Positions 28,807-38,977 of a DNA stretch of 64,000 nucleotides are shown here, piece after piece (the stretch's first letter is position 1; every line of letters starts with the position of its first letter). Under the pieces are notes generated by a model. It ran no database searches, was not told where the DNA came from, and worked only from the letters and a program-made list of their open reading frames with translations. The DNA comes from Alphaproteobacteria bacterium (GTDB taxonomy: Bacteria > Pseudomonadota > Alphaproteobacteria > UBA828), in the NCBI GenBank assembly GCA_965237415.1, contig CBDEFM010000002.1, forward strand, positions 96,001 through 160,000. The letters are read 5' to 3'. Position numbers and translations under genes: made by a program.

Positions 28807-29964
28807 ATGCGCGCCGATCTCGACACCCTTTTGCCCGCCCTTCGCGCGCGGCGGGAAGAGACCCGCGGGAACCGCACCGTCCTGCCCGATATTCGCGAGA
28901 TGGTCCGGGAGTCAGGCGTTGCACGCATCCTGCAGCCGCCGGCCTACGGCGGCGCTGGCGGGCCTTTGCGCGACGTCGTCGATGCGGTCTCCGAAGTCGG
29001 TGCCGCCTGCGGCTCGACGGGCTGGGCGGTCGTTCAATATGTCGTTCACCCCTTCATGGTCGCCCAGTGGCCGCGTGACGCTCAGGATGAGGTCTGGGGC
29101 GACGATCCCGAGAACCTGGTCGCCGGCATCCTGATCCAGAGCCTGGGCCGCTACGAGCGCGCCCGTGGCGGCTACCGGGTGAACGGGCGTTGGCCCTTCG
29201 TCACCGGCGTGGACACCTGCGACTGGTGCATCGTCTCCGGCTACGAGGAGGGCAGGGCAGGGCAGCACGAGAGCCACCTGCACTTCCTAATTAGGCGTGA
29301 GGAGATCGAGATCCTGGATACCTGGCACGCGCTGGGACTGCGCGGCAGCGGCACCAACGACGTCCGGCTCCAGGAGTTCTTCGTGCCCGCTCACCGGGCG
29401 CTCTCGATGGAAGTACTGCGCGGCGGCGAATCGCCCGGCGGCCACTGGCGGGAGACGCCGCTCTACCTGCTTCCGAGCTATCCCATCTTCGGCTGCGGCA
29501 TTTCCAGCGGCGCGGTCGGGATCGCGCTGGAGATGGTCGCGGAATACAACGAGATCGCGCGCAAGAAAGGCTCGATCATGGCGGAGAAGGGCGTGGCGAC
29601 CTTCGCCTCGCAGCATATCCGCTTCGCCGAAGCGAAGGCCGCCGTCGATTGTGCGCGGCAGCTCCTGAGATTCGCAGGCGACGAGATCAGCGCGATCGCT
29701 CGTGAGGAGGGCCGCGTGCCGAACCTGGAGGAGCGTGCCCGCTGCCGCGCGCTTGCGACCTACGCCGGCAACACCGCCATGGATGCCGCGCGTGCCGTCT
29801 GGGACCTCTCCGGCGCTGCCAGCGTTTACAGCAAGAGCTCGCTCGGCAACCTCTACACCGACATGATGGTCGCCAACCAGCATTTCACCCAGAACAAGGA
29901 CGTGAACTACACGACCTACGGGCGAATTCTCTACGGGCTCGACATCGACAACCCGACGCTGTGA
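28807..29964 (+). CDS. flavin-dependent monooxygenase oxygenase subunit (HsaA/acyl-CoA dehydrogenase-like)
   Basis: LQPPAYGG, CGSTGW, GRWPFVTG, DTWHALGLRGSGTND. Confidence 0.88.
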   Translation: MRADLDTLLPALRARREETRGNRTVLPDIREMVRESGVARILQPPAYGGAGGPLRDVVDAVSEVGAACGSTGWAVVQYVVHPFMVAQWPRDAQDEVWGDDPENLVAGILIQSLGRYERARGGYRVNGRWPFVTGVDTCDWCIVSGYEEGRAGQHESHLHFLIRREEIEILDTWHALGLRGSGTNDVRLQEFFVPAHRALSMEVLRGGESPGGHWRETPLYLLPSYPIFGCGISSGAVGIALEMVAEYNEIARKKGSIMAEKGVATFASQHIRFAEAKAAVDCARQLLRFAGDEISAIAREEGRVPNLEERARCRALATYAGNTAMDAARAVWDLSGAASVYSKSSLGNLYTDMMVANQHFTQNKDVNYTTYGRILYGLDIDNPTL

Positions 29965-30470
29965 CCGCGAATTGCGTGTCCGGCCCGGCGCCGGAAGCAG
30001 CGCGTTACTTCGACGATCTGAAGCCCGGCGAGCGCTTCGTCACGGGCGAATGGGCGCTCGACGAGGCGGAGATTGTCGCCTTCGCACGCAAGTTCGATCC
30101 GCAGCCGATCCACGTCGATGCTGTGCAAGCAGCCGACGGCCCCTATGGCGGCCTGATCGCCAGCGGCTTTCAAACCATGGCGCTGGGGTTCCGCCTCTTC
30201 TACGAGCTCGGCGTGATCAACGAGGCCTGCATCGGCGGGCCGGGCATCGACGCGGTGCGTTTCCACCGGCCAGCGCGGCCGGGCGATTCCATCCACGCGG
30301 TCGCGACCGTCGCCGAGACCCGCCTCTCGCGCTCCAAGCCGGACCGCGGCTATGTGCGCATCGCCTACGACGTCCGCAACCAGCGGGACGAGCCGGTGCT
30401 GAGCTACGAGATCGTTCACATCCTCATGCGCAGGCCGCAGAACACGCACGAGGCAACGCCGGCGCCTTGA
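29961..30470 (+). CDS. MaoC-family dehydratase
   Basis: YFDD, FDPQPIHVD, GLIASG, RFHRP.RPGD. Confidence 0.9.
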   Translation: MTANCVSGPAPEAARYFDDLKPGERFVTGEWALDEAEIVAFARKFDPQPIHVDAVQAADGPYGGLIASGFQTMALGFRLFYELGVINEACIGGPGIDAVRFHRPARPGDSIHAVATVAETRLSRSKPDRGYVRIAYDVRNQRDEPVLSYEIVHILMRRPQNTHEATPAP

Positions 30471-30528
30471 CTCAGGTGCGCCCCTGTGCGGCCATCGTGC
30501 GCGCGGGGAGAGAGAAGCGGAGCACGCC

Positions 30529-31437
30529 GTGACCAGCCTCTATGACGGGCCGATCGTCGACGCCCACCATCACCTCTGGGATCTCGAGTCCGGCCGCTAT
30601 TCGTGGCTCACCGACGGCCCCCGCGAGGTGGTGTTCGGCAGCACCGCGCCGCTCATCCGCGACTATCTGCTCGACGACTATCTAGCGGACATGGCCGGCA
30701 TAAATCTGGTCAAGTCGGTCCATATCCAGGCGAGTTTTCTGGAGGACGACCCGGCCGCCGAGACCCGCTGGCTGCAAGGCATCGCCGACGAGCGCGGCTT
30801 CCCCCACGGGATCGTCGCCCACGCGCGCCTGGAGGAGCCGGACGCGGAAGCGGTGCTGGAGGCCCACTGCTCGCAGGCCAACATGCGCGGTATCCGCCAG
30901 ATCCTGAGCTGGCATCGGAACCCGGCCTGGAGCTTCAACGAGCGCGCCGACCTGATGCAGGATGCGGCGTGGCGGCACGGCTTCGGCCTGCTGCGGCGGT
31001 TCGATCTCGCCTTCGACATGATGATCTATTCCGGCCAACTCGGCGACGCTTTGGACCTCGCCAGCGCCTTCCCCGACACGCAGATCATCGTCAACCACAC
31101 CGGCAGCCCTGCCGATAGGGACGATGACGCCATCGCGGCCTGGCGCTCAGGCATGAGCGCGCTCGCCGATGCCACCAACGTCGCGGTCAAGATCTCCGAC
31201 CTCGGCGCCTACGACCACAACTGGACCACGGAAAGCACGCGGCCCTTCATCCGCCACACCATCGACGCCTTCGGCACCGAGCGCTGCATGTTCGCGAGCG
31301 ACTTTCCGGTGGCCGGACTGCACGGCGGTGCCGACGCGGTCTACAACTCGTTCAAGACCATCGTCGCGGATTTCTCGGAGGCCGAGCAGCGCGCGCTCTT
31401 CCACGACAACGCCGTCCGCTTCTACCGACTGGGCTGA
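30529..31437 (+). CDS. amidohydrolase-2 family (lactonase-like)
   Basis: DAHHHLWD, RGIR, NHTG, VKIS, FGTERCMFASDFP. Confidence 0.9.
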   Translation: MTSLYDGPIVDAHHHLWDLESGRYSWLTDGPREVVFGSTAPLIRDYLLDDYLADMAGINLVKSVHIQASFLEDDPAAETRWLQGIADERGFPHGIVAHARLEEPDAEAVLEAHCSQANMRGIRQILSWHRNPAWSFNERADLMQDAAWRHGFGLLRRFDLAFDMMIYSGQLGDALDLASAFPDTQIIVNHTGSPADRDDDAIAAWRSGMSALADATNVAVKISDLGAYDHNWTTESTRPFIRHTIDAFGTERCMFASDFPVAGLHGGADAVYNSFKTIVADFSEAEQRALFHDNAVRFYRLG

Positions 31438-32372
31438 ACCGGGCTCCCGAGCACTTCGTCCACGAACGCGTCGAAGAGGGCGAAGACGCGCGCCCTGACG
31501 TCGTCCGTCTCCATCAGCGCCTCGTGGCGGGCGTCGGGGATCGTCTCGAGCCGGCAGTCGGGCAGCCGCGCGGCGAGCCGGGCCTGAGCGGCGTTGGAGA
31601 CGACCCTGTCGGCTGCCGCGCCGATCATGAGCACCGGCGTTCCGACCCGTTCGGGATAGTCCCGGCTGCGCAGGATCGTCACCGAGCGCCGTGTGGCGGC
31701 AAGCCAGCCCACCGTCGGCCAGCCGATGGCGAGCGCCGGGTTCTCCCGCATCAGCGTTTCCATGCGCTCGTACCGCACGCGGTCGCGAGTCAGCGGATTG
31801 CCGTCGAACGGCGGCGGGAAGGGGCCGCGCGCCGGCACGTACTGGTTCCTGAGGCCGACGCTCATGGCGGCGACGGTAAGCACCGCGCCCAAGGCCCGCT
31901 CTGCCGGGTTCATCAGGATGTCCACCATGGGGGCGGAGAGGGCGATCCCTGCGGCGAAATAGGGCGCGGCGCGGGAGTCGTGCTCGGCCCGATGACGGAG
32001 CACGATGTGGCCGCCCATGGAATGGGCCAGCACTACGATGGGCCGCGGGGCTTGCGCGACGACCAGCCGCTCCAGGAACAGGTCCAAGTCGCTCAAATAG
32101 TCCTCGTAGCTGACGACATGACCTTTGCGCGTATCCTTCAGCACCCGGCCGGAGCGGCCCTGACCCCGCCAGTCCAGCGCGTAAACGGCGAAGCCACGGG
32201 CCCTGAGGTCGCCCACGGTCTCGCCGTACTTCTCGATGAACTCGGCCCTGCCCTGCAGCAACACCACCGTTCCCCGTGCGCCGCCGGGCGGCGCCGGCCA
32301 GACGGCTGTGCGGAGCGGGAGGCCGTCGTGGGCGGAGAGCGTCGCAAGCTGCGGGGCTAGCCCAGTGCCCAC
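31422..32372 (-). CDS. alpha/beta hydrolase, lysophospholipase L2-like
   Basis: GRAEFIEKY, DWRGQG.S, AHSMGG, ARHE. Confidence 0.9.
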   Translation of the reverse strand: MGTGLAPQLATLSAHDGLPLRTAVWPAPPGGARGTVVLLQGRAEFIEKYGETVGDLRARGFAVYALDWRGQGRSGRVLKDTRKGHVVSYEDYLSDLDLFLERLVVAQAPRPIVVLAHSMGGHIVLRHRAEHDSRAAPYFAAGIALSAPMVDILMNPAERALGAVLTVAAMSVGLRNQYVPARGPFPPPFDGNPLTRDRVRYERMETLMRENPALAIGWPTVGWLAATRRSVTILRSRDYPERVGTPVLMIGAAADRVVSNAAQARLAARLPDCRLETIPDARHEALMETDDVRARVFALFDAFVDEVLGSPVQPSR

Positions 32373-32375
32373 CCG

Positions 32376-33797
32376 TCAGTCTTTCGGCGCCGGCGCATCG
32401 ACCCCCTTCACCGGCACGAGGCCAGCGGGCGCGAGGCCCGCGAGCTTGACCGTGAGGGGGCCGGGCGTCAGGCCCTGGTCCTCCAGGCGCTCCTTGCGCC
32501 GGTTCGCTGCGATCACCATACGCCCGCCGACATAGCGCACCGGCTCGCGCGGGAAGAGCCCCACTTCCTCCCGCACCAGCCCGCACTCGGACCACTCGTC
32601 CTTCGCGCCGAGGGCGAGCGAGGCGAGGACGCGGCCGCCGACGGAGGTGGGCCCCACGCCGTTGCCCGAGAAGCCGAGGCCGTAGAGCAGGTCGTCGCGG
32701 CCGTCGAGGCGGCCGAAGAAGGGGAGCCCGCTGAGGGAGCGGTCGACCGGCCCGGTCCAGCTCGTCGCGATCGGCACATCGCTGAAGTTTGGGTAGATCC
32801 GGCGGAAGTAACCTTCGACCTCGCGGGCGCGCGGCGAGGCGCCGTTGAAGCGATCATCGACCCTGTTGCCGAAGGAGAGCCGCCCGCCGCCGGTGCCGAA
32901 GGCGACGCGGCCATCCATGGTCGGGCGGTAGTAGTTCACCAGGGTCCGGGAATCCGAGATGCACATGCCGTCGCCCCAGCCGGAGGCGGCGAGGCGCTCG
33001 GGCATCGGCCGGGTCGCCACGATATCGCTCGAGATCACGACGATGGTCCGCCGCAGCTCCGGGAACATGGTCGCCCAGGCGTTCATGGCGATGATCACCT
33101 TGTCGGCGGTCAGCGTGCCGCGCGGGGTGACCACGCGCGGCGGCCGGCTGCGGTCGAGCCGGGTCAACGGCGTCCGTTCGTAGATGCGCACACCCTTGGA
33201 GAGCGCCACGCGGCGCAGTCCGCGCGCCAGCAGGGCCGGTTGCACGCTGGCCCCGGTCGGCTCGTAGACGCCGGCGATGTGACGGTCGGTGCCTGAGCGG
33301 CGCTTGACCGTCTCCGGCTCCCAAAGCTCGAACGGGTGCAGCTGATGACGTTCCAGCGTATCCACCAACGCACTCCAGGAGCCGACCTGCGGCTCGCTGG
33401 ATGCCGCCCACAGCCAGCCGTCGCCGCGATAGTGCGCGTCGATCCCGTGGCCTTCGCAGAAGCGGCCGATGTCGCCGACGGCATCGGCCGAGGCGCGGGC
33501 GAGGCGGACCGCCTCGTCCGAGGGGCAGAACTTGCAGAGCGAGCCGAACTTGGCCCACCAGCTCAGGACGAAGCCGCCGTTGCGGCCGCTTGCGCCGCTG
33601 CCGCATTCGTCCTTCTCGACGATCGCGATATCGATGGAGGGGTCGCGCTCCTTCAGGCGGATCGCCGTCCACAGCCCGCAAAAGCCGCCGCCGACGATGC
33701 AGATGTCGGCGCGGCCGTCGCCCTCGAGGGCCGGTGCGGCTTCCTCCGCCGATAGCCCGGCCTCCGTCAGCCAATGGCTAAGCATCCGTCCGCTCAT
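32376..33797 (-). CDS. FAD-dependent oxidoreductase (PuuB/DadA-like)
   Basis: IVGGGFCGLW, GASGRNGG, W.GP.D, GFSGNGVG; start chosen at the ATG overlapping the MNT gene. Confidence 0.88.
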   Translation of the reverse strand: MSGRMLSHWLTEAGLSAEEAAPALEGDGRADICIVGGGFCGLWTAIRLKERDPSIDIAIVEKDECGSGASGRNGGFVLSWWAKFGSLCKFCPSDEAVRLARASADAVGDIGRFCEGHGIDAHYRGDGWLWAASSEPQVGSWSALVDTLERHQLHPFELWEPETVKRRSGTDRHIAGVYEPTGASVQPALLARGLRRVALSKGVRIYERTPLTRLDRSRPPRVVTPRGTLTADKVIIAMNAWATMFPELRRTIVVISSDIVATRPMPERLAASGWGDGMCISDSRTLVNYYRPTMDGRVAFGTGGGRLSFGNRVDDRFNGASPRAREVEGYFRRIYPNFSDVPIATSWTGPVDRSLSGLPFFGRLDGRDDLLYGLGFSGNGVGPTSVGGRVLASLALGAKDEWSECGLVREEVGLFPREPVRYVGGRMVIAANRRKERLEDQGLTPGPLTVKLAGLAPAGLVPVKGVDAPAPKD

Positions 33798-34119
33798 AGA
33801 GCACCTTGCCTTCCCGCAGCGCCCGCGCGAGCACGTGATTGAGGGAATCGCGCCAATAGTCCACGTCTTCGCGGGAATAGACGAGAACGTCGGCGGCCAC
33901 GGGGAAACCCGCAATCGCATGATAAAGCCTGACCAGCTCCTCGTGGCGGCTGCGGGCGGGGCCGAAGGGCTCGGTCTCCAGCACGATCAGGTCGACGTCC
34001 GACCTCTCCCGCTCTTCGCCACGCGCACGGGAGCCGAAAAGGATCACCTGTTCCGGATCGACCTCGTCGACGATGGCCTGGACCATCTCGCCGATCAGCG
34101 CGTCGGTGATCGGAATCAT
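33778..34119 (-). CDS. minimal nucleotidyltransferase (MNT antitoxin-like)
   Basis: ILFGSRARG..SDVDL, DVLV, EGKVLYE. Confidence 0.9.
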   Translation of the reverse strand: MIPITDALIGEMVQAIVDEVDPEQVILFGSRARGEERERSDVDLIVLETEPFGPARSRHEELVRLYHAIAGFPVAADVLVYSREDVDYWRDSLNHVLARALREGKVLYERTDA

Positions 34120-34123
34120 GGTC

Positions 34124-35515
34124 TCACTCTTCCTCCGCGCGCTCGCCGAATAGGAGCGTGACGTTGATCCGCCGGTTGGTATAGCCGGTTCGGAAGCGCA
34201 CGCCACCGCTTTCGTGAATGAGGCTGGAGTCGAAGATCACCGCTCTGTTGCAGCGATAAGGAACGTGCACCGGTGCACGCCCCTCGAGCGCCACGAGGCG
34301 CTCTAGCCGCGTCGGGTTCAGATTGTAATCCGAGAATCCCCAATCGGGCGGCGCGGCGACATCGTACACGGTGAGGCCGGCCGCCTCGGGATCCGGGCAG
34401 GCGTCATCGGGCGTGATCCAGAGGTTGACGTTGACGGCGGCCTTGTCCGAATGTTTGCGCGTCCCCCCGCCTGTTTGGCCGTAGCTGAACGCCCACATCT
34501 GCGTGAGTGGGTGCCCCCCCATGATGCCGCTCAGCCGCTGTTGGAGCTCGCGCGCGAGCTCCAACAGCGGCTGATGGTCGAAACCCTCGTGCAGATAGGC
34601 CCCGAGATAGGCGCCGTGCTCCTTGCAGTCGAACCAGATCGTCGCCTCCATGCAAAAGCGCTGAAGGGCGGCGAGGGCGGGTGCGCTGAGCAGATCGTCG
34701 ACGACGACCACCGATGGCGTCGTCGCATGGTAGCGCCGCTCGATTGCGCCCACGTCGAGGCCAGGGTTGAGCGCGGGCGCGATGGCCTCCTCCGGCGGGC
34801 GATAAATCACCCGGTTGTAGACGGGGCCGATGAGCTGACGCTCCGCCGCCGTGAGCGGGCGCGGCGCACCCGGCCGGGTCTCGTTGCCGAAACCGTCAAG
34901 CACCCGGCGAAGGCCCTTGCGCGCTTCGGCAAACGAAGGCGGGAGCCGGCCTTGCTCCAGCAGGTAGCCGATCTGCGCCAGGTCGAATTCGAGCTTGGCT
35001 CTGGATGCGGTGCGGAAGGTCTCCTGCTGGGCGGGATCGAGCACGGCCGTGCCGGACGCAGGGTCCGTGCCCCACCAGGCGGAGCCGCGATAGAGCGCAA
35101 GGGCCGCGCAGAAGGAGGCAACGGCCTCTTCCAGCCGCCCCTGCCGCTTCAGCGTTGCGCCGAGGTTGGTGTGCGCCGCTACCGAGCCCGGCGCGAGCGC
35201 CAACGCCGTGCGGAAGGCACGCTCGGCCGCCGCGTCGTCCCCTTGCCGTAGCGCCAGATTGCCGAGCGTGATTTGCAGGCTCGCCTTGTCGGGCGCCAGC
35301 GCCGCGGCGGTCTCGAACGCCTGAAGCGCCCGGTCTAGCGCGCCCTGGTCGGCGGCAACCAGGCCGCAGACGTAGTGCGCGCCTGCATCGCGCGGGTCAT
35401 GGGCGAGGATGGCGCGTCCGATGGCCTCCGCCTCGCTGCTTCTGCCCGCCTGATAGGCGGCGAATGCCGCGCTGGCGCGGGGCCGCCGGTCAGCGGCGCC
35501 GTGCGAGCCCGTCAC
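34124..35515 (-). CDS. TPR protein with C-terminal 2OG-Fe(II) oxygenase-like domain
   Basis: N-terminal TPRs; HSD..NVNLW, NRAVIFDS.L.HES, RRIN. Confidence 0.8.
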   Translation of the reverse strand: MTGSHGAADRRPRASAAFAAYQAGRSSEAEAIGRAILAHDPRDAGAHYVCGLVAADQGALDRALQAFETAAALAPDKASLQITLGNLALRQGDDAAAERAFRTALALAPGSVAAHTNLGATLKRQGRLEEAVASFCAALALYRGSAWWGTDPASGTAVLDPAQQETFRTASRAKLEFDLAQIGYLLEQGRLPPSFAEARKGLRRVLDGFGNETRPGAPRPLTAAERQLIGPVYNRVIYRPPEEAIAPALNPGLDVGAIERRYHATTPSVVVVDDLLSAPALAALQRFCMEATIWFDCKEHGAYLGAYLHEGFDHQPLLELARELQQRLSGIMGGHPLTQMWAFSYGQTGGGTRKHSDKAAVNVNLWITPDDACPDPEAAGLTVYDVAAPPDWGFSDYNLNPTRLERLVALEGRAPVHVPYRCNRAVIFDSSLIHESGGVRFRTGYTNRRINVTLLFGERAEEE

Positions 35516-37007
35516 GGGTCACCTTGAACCCGGCCGCCTCCCGGTCCCAGGTCGCGGCGGTGATGCCTTCCTCCCGCAGCACCACCTTGCGCACCTTCTG
35601 CGTGGACGTGCGCGGCAGGTCGGCCCTGAACTCGATGAAGCGGGGGACCATGAAGTAGGGCATCTCGGCCGCGCAGTGACGGAGCAGCGCCTCCTCGGTC
35701 AGCGCGGCGCCGGGATTTCGCACGACCGCCACTTTCACCTCGTCCTCCCCCACCTCGGCGGGGACGGCGATGGCGGCGGTCTCGGCCACGTCGGGGTGCT
35801 TGTTGACGATGTGCTCGACCTCGAACGACGAGATGTTCTCGCCGCGCCGGCGGATCGCGTCCTTCATCCGGTCGTGGAAAAAGAGGAAACCCTCCTCGTC
35901 CATGTGGCCGCGGTCGCCGCTGTGGAACCAGAGATTGCGGAAGGCCGCCAGCGTCGCCTCCGGCAGGCCGTCATAACCCTCCATCAGGATGTAAGGGTGC
36001 TTGGCCCGGACCACGATCTCGCCCGATGTGCTGGGCGGCACCGGGCGGTCCATCCCGTCGACGATCGCCACCTCGTTATAGGGCGCCGCTCGCCCGGCCG
36101 TGCCCTTCGGCGTCGCTTCGTCTGGCCGCGTGTAGACGACGATATTCGCCTCGGTCGAGCCGTAGCCCTCGGTCAATTGCAGGCCGAAGCGCTCGAGGAA
36201 CTCCTCCTGCACGTCGTGCGGGTTGGGCACCGAGTAGATCATGCGCAGCGGGTTGTCGGCGTCGTCCGGCCGCGGCGGCTCGGCCCAGAGCATGTGGCAG
36301 ATGCCGCCCACGCCCACCGTCACGGTCACGCCGTGCGCGCGCACGTCCGGCCAGAACCGGGCCGCGCTGAAGCGCGGACGCAGCAGCATCCGGCAATCCG
36401 CGAGCATGGTGCCGAGCATGATGAACTTGCCGGCGATATGGAAGAAGGGGAGGAAGTCGTAGGTCACGTCCTCGGCGCCGAGCGACACGATCTCGTTGAA
36501 GACGACGGCGAACGAAAGCTCGAAGTGGTTGTTGATGACCACGCCCTTGGACGGCCCCGTGGTGCCCGAGGTGAACATGATGCAGGCCGTGGTGGTTGCT
36601 TCGATGGGCCTCGGCCGATCGGTGCCGTCGCCGGTCGCGACATCTTCCAGCGAGAGCACGACGCCGGGCAGCGTGCGCCGTGCATCCTCCAGGTCGCCGC
36701 CCGAGACGATGAAGGTGCCGAGACCGGGGCAGCGATCGGCGATGCGCGCGACCACGGGCACGAACTCGGCGTCCAGCACCATGGCCGTCACGCGTGCGCT
36801 GGTGACGATATGGGTCAGGATGTCGCCCCGATAGGCGGTGTTGATCGGCACCTCGACGACGCCGAGCTTGGCGGTGGCGAACCAGACGAAGACGTGCGCC
36901 GGCGCGTTCTGCATCATCACGGCGCAGCGGTGACCGGGCTCGATGCCGCGCTCCGCGAGGCCGGCGGCGATGCGGTTGGCCTCGCGGTTGATCGCCGCGC
37001 AGACCAT
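35490..37007 (-). CDS. AMP-binding acyl-CoA ligase (CaiC-like), N-terminus possibly deleted
   Basis: FTSGTTGPSKG, YGSTE, WFHSGD, RRRGENISS, LPRT..K. Confidence 0.85.
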   Translation of the reverse strand: MVCAAINREANRIAAGLAERGIEPGHRCAVMMQNAPAHVFVWFATAKLGVVEVPINTAYRGDILTHIVTSARVTAMVLDAEFVPVVARIADRCPGLGTFIVSGGDLEDARRTLPGVVLSLEDVATGDGTDRPRPIEATTTACIMFTSGTTGPSKGVVINNHFELSFAVVFNEIVSLGAEDVTYDFLPFFHIAGKFIMLGTMLADCRMLLRPRFSAARFWPDVRAHGVTVTVGVGGICHMLWAEPPRPDDADNPLRMIYSVPNPHDVQEEFLERFGLQLTEGYGSTEANIVVYTRPDEATPKGTAGRAAPYNEVAIVDGMDRPVPPSTSGEIVVRAKHPYILMEGYDGLPEATLAAFRNLWFHSGDRGHMDEEGFLFFHDRMKDAIRRRGENISSFEVEHIVNKHPDVAETAAIAVPAEVGEDEVKVAVVRNPGAALTEEALLRHCAAEMPYFMVPRFIEFRADLPRTSTQKVRKVVLREEGITAATWDREAAGFKVTRDGLARRR

Positions 37008-37216
37008 GACATTGGTGGGAAGTCCGGGCTGGTCATGGCGCCAGAATGGGGTCCGGCCGATTTATGTCAACGTCCGCCGGCGGATGTGGGCACATGATGC
37101 GTGGTTTCGCGCCTTGACGGGGGGAAACCGGGTTTTCATAGTGCGCAAGAGTGCGTCCCCCGTGTCTGGACAGGGCGGAGCGGGGGCGCGAATCCCAGGC
37201 AGAAGGAGCGGAGCGC

Positions 37217-38935
37217 ATGGCTGAGGGCGAAGCGCAAGGCGGTGCCCACCCCTGGGAGAAGTCCTACCCAGAGAATATCGATTGGAACGCGCCGTTGCCC
37301 AAGGCGCCCCTGCAGCGGTTGCTCGACGATGCGGTCGCCCGCTTCGCGGACCGCCCCGCCATCGACTTCATGGACCGGATCACGACCTATCGGCAACTCG
37401 GCGACCTGGCGAATCGCGCGGCCGAGGGCTTCCAGAATCTCGGGGTTCGCAAGGGCACCAAGGTCGGCATCCTCCTGCCCAATTGCACGAACTTCGTCGC
37501 CGTCTATTACGGAGTGCTGAAGGCCGGCGGGACGGTCGTCAACGTCAACCCGCTCTACGCCATCGAGGAGATCAAGAGCCAGATCGAGGATTCGGAGACC
37601 GACGTCCTGGTCACCCTCGACCTCTCCATCCTCTATGACAAGGCCCGCATCGCCCTCGACCAGACGCGGCTCACCCATCTGGTGATCTGCCCCATGGCGG
37701 ACATGCTGCCCGGCCTCAAGCGGCTGCTCTTCCCCCTGGTCAAGCGCAGCGAGATCGCCAAGATACCGCGCGATTCCCGCCATGTGTTCTTCCGTAAGCT
37801 GACCGACAACGCCGGCAGGCCCACGCCGGTCGAGATCGAGGTCGACGACGATATCGCGGTGCTTCAGTACACCGGCGGCACCACCGGAACCTCGAAGGGC
37901 GCGATGCTGACCCACGCCAACCTCTCGGCGAACGTGGCGCAGGCGGCGATGATGATGCCCGATGCCGAGGCAGGCAGCGAGGTCATGATCGGCGTGCTGC
38001 CGCTCTTCCACGTCTTCGCCATGGCCGTGGTGATGAATTTCAGCATCAAGCTCGGCGCCAAGATGATCCTGCTGCCGCGCTTCGAGTTGGACACCGTGCT
38101 CAAGGTCGTCCACAAGAAGCGCCCGACCTTCTTCCCCGCCGTACCGACGATCTATATCGCGATCAACGGCCATCCCGACGTCGCGACGGGCAAGTACGAT
38201 CTCTCCTCCATCAAGGTCTGCCTCTCGGGCGGCGCCTCGCTGCCGCGCGAGGTGCAGGAGAAGTTCCAGGAACTCTCCGGCTGCACGCTGGTGGAAGGCT
38301 ACGGGCTCAGCGAGACCTCGCCGGTCGCGACCTGCAACCCGGCCACGCCCGGCGGCAGCCGCGAAGGCTCGCTCGGCGTGCCGGTGCCCAGCACGGTGGT
38401 CGACATTTGCGCGGTCGACGATCCGGAGAAAGTGTTGCCGCAGGGCGAGGTCGGCGAGATCTGCATCTCCGGCCCGCAGGTGATGAAGGGCTACTGGAAG
38501 CGCGATGAGGAGAACGCCCGCGCCTTCGCCGGCGGGCGCTTCCACACCGGCGATGTCGGCCGGATCGATGAGGACGGCTACGTCTATCTCATCGACCGGC
38601 TCAAGGAGGTCATCATCGCCGGCGGCTACAACATCTACCCGCGCCATGTGGAGGAGGCGATCTACAAGCACCCGTCGGTGCTGGAGGTGACGGTCATCGG
38701 CGTCGACGACGCCCGCCGCCAGCAGACCGTCAAGGCCTTCGTCCGCCTCAAGGACGGCCAGAGTCTCACGGCCGACGAGCTGACGGACTTCCTCAAGGAC
38801 AAACTCTCGCCCATCGAAATGCCAAAGCAGATCGAGTTCCGCGACGAGCTGCCGAAGACGATCATCGGCAAGCTCTCCAAGAGGGAGCTGGTGGCCGAGG
38901 AGGCCGCCAAGCAGAGCGCGGCTGCCGCAGGCTAG
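37217..38935 (+). CDS. fadD: long-chain fatty acid-CoA ligase
   Basis: LQYTGGTTGTSKGA, EGYGLSE, FHTGD, LPKT.IGK. Confidence 0.9.
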   Translation: MAEGEAQGGAHPWEKSYPENIDWNAPLPKAPLQRLLDDAVARFADRPAIDFMDRITTYRQLGDLANRAAEGFQNLGVRKGTKVGILLPNCTNFVAVYYGVLKAGGTVVNVNPLYAIEEIKSQIEDSETDVLVTLDLSILYDKARIALDQTRLTHLVICPMADMLPGLKRLLFPLVKRSEIAKIPRDSRHVFFRKLTDNAGRPTPVEIEVDDDIAVLQYTGGTTGTSKGAMLTHANLSANVAQAAMMMPDAEAGSEVMIGVLPLFHVFAMAVVMNFSIKLGAKMILLPRFELDTVLKVVHKKRPTFFPAVPTIYIAINGHPDVATGKYDLSSIKVCLSGGASLPREVQEKFQELSGCTLVEGYGLSETSPVATCNPATPGGSREGSLGVPVPSTVVDICAVDDPEKVLPQGEVGEICISGPQVMKGYWKRDEENARAFAGGRFHTGDVGRIDEDGYVYLIDRLKEVIIAGGYNIYPRHVEEAIYKHPSVLEVTVIGVDDARRQQTVKAFVRLKDGQSLTADELTDFLKDKLSPIEMPKQIEFRDELPKTIIGKLSKRELVAEEAAKQSAAAAG

Positions 38936-38977
38936 TCTGCGGCGCGTCGAATCAGACAGAGCAAGAGGCCCCAGCCC

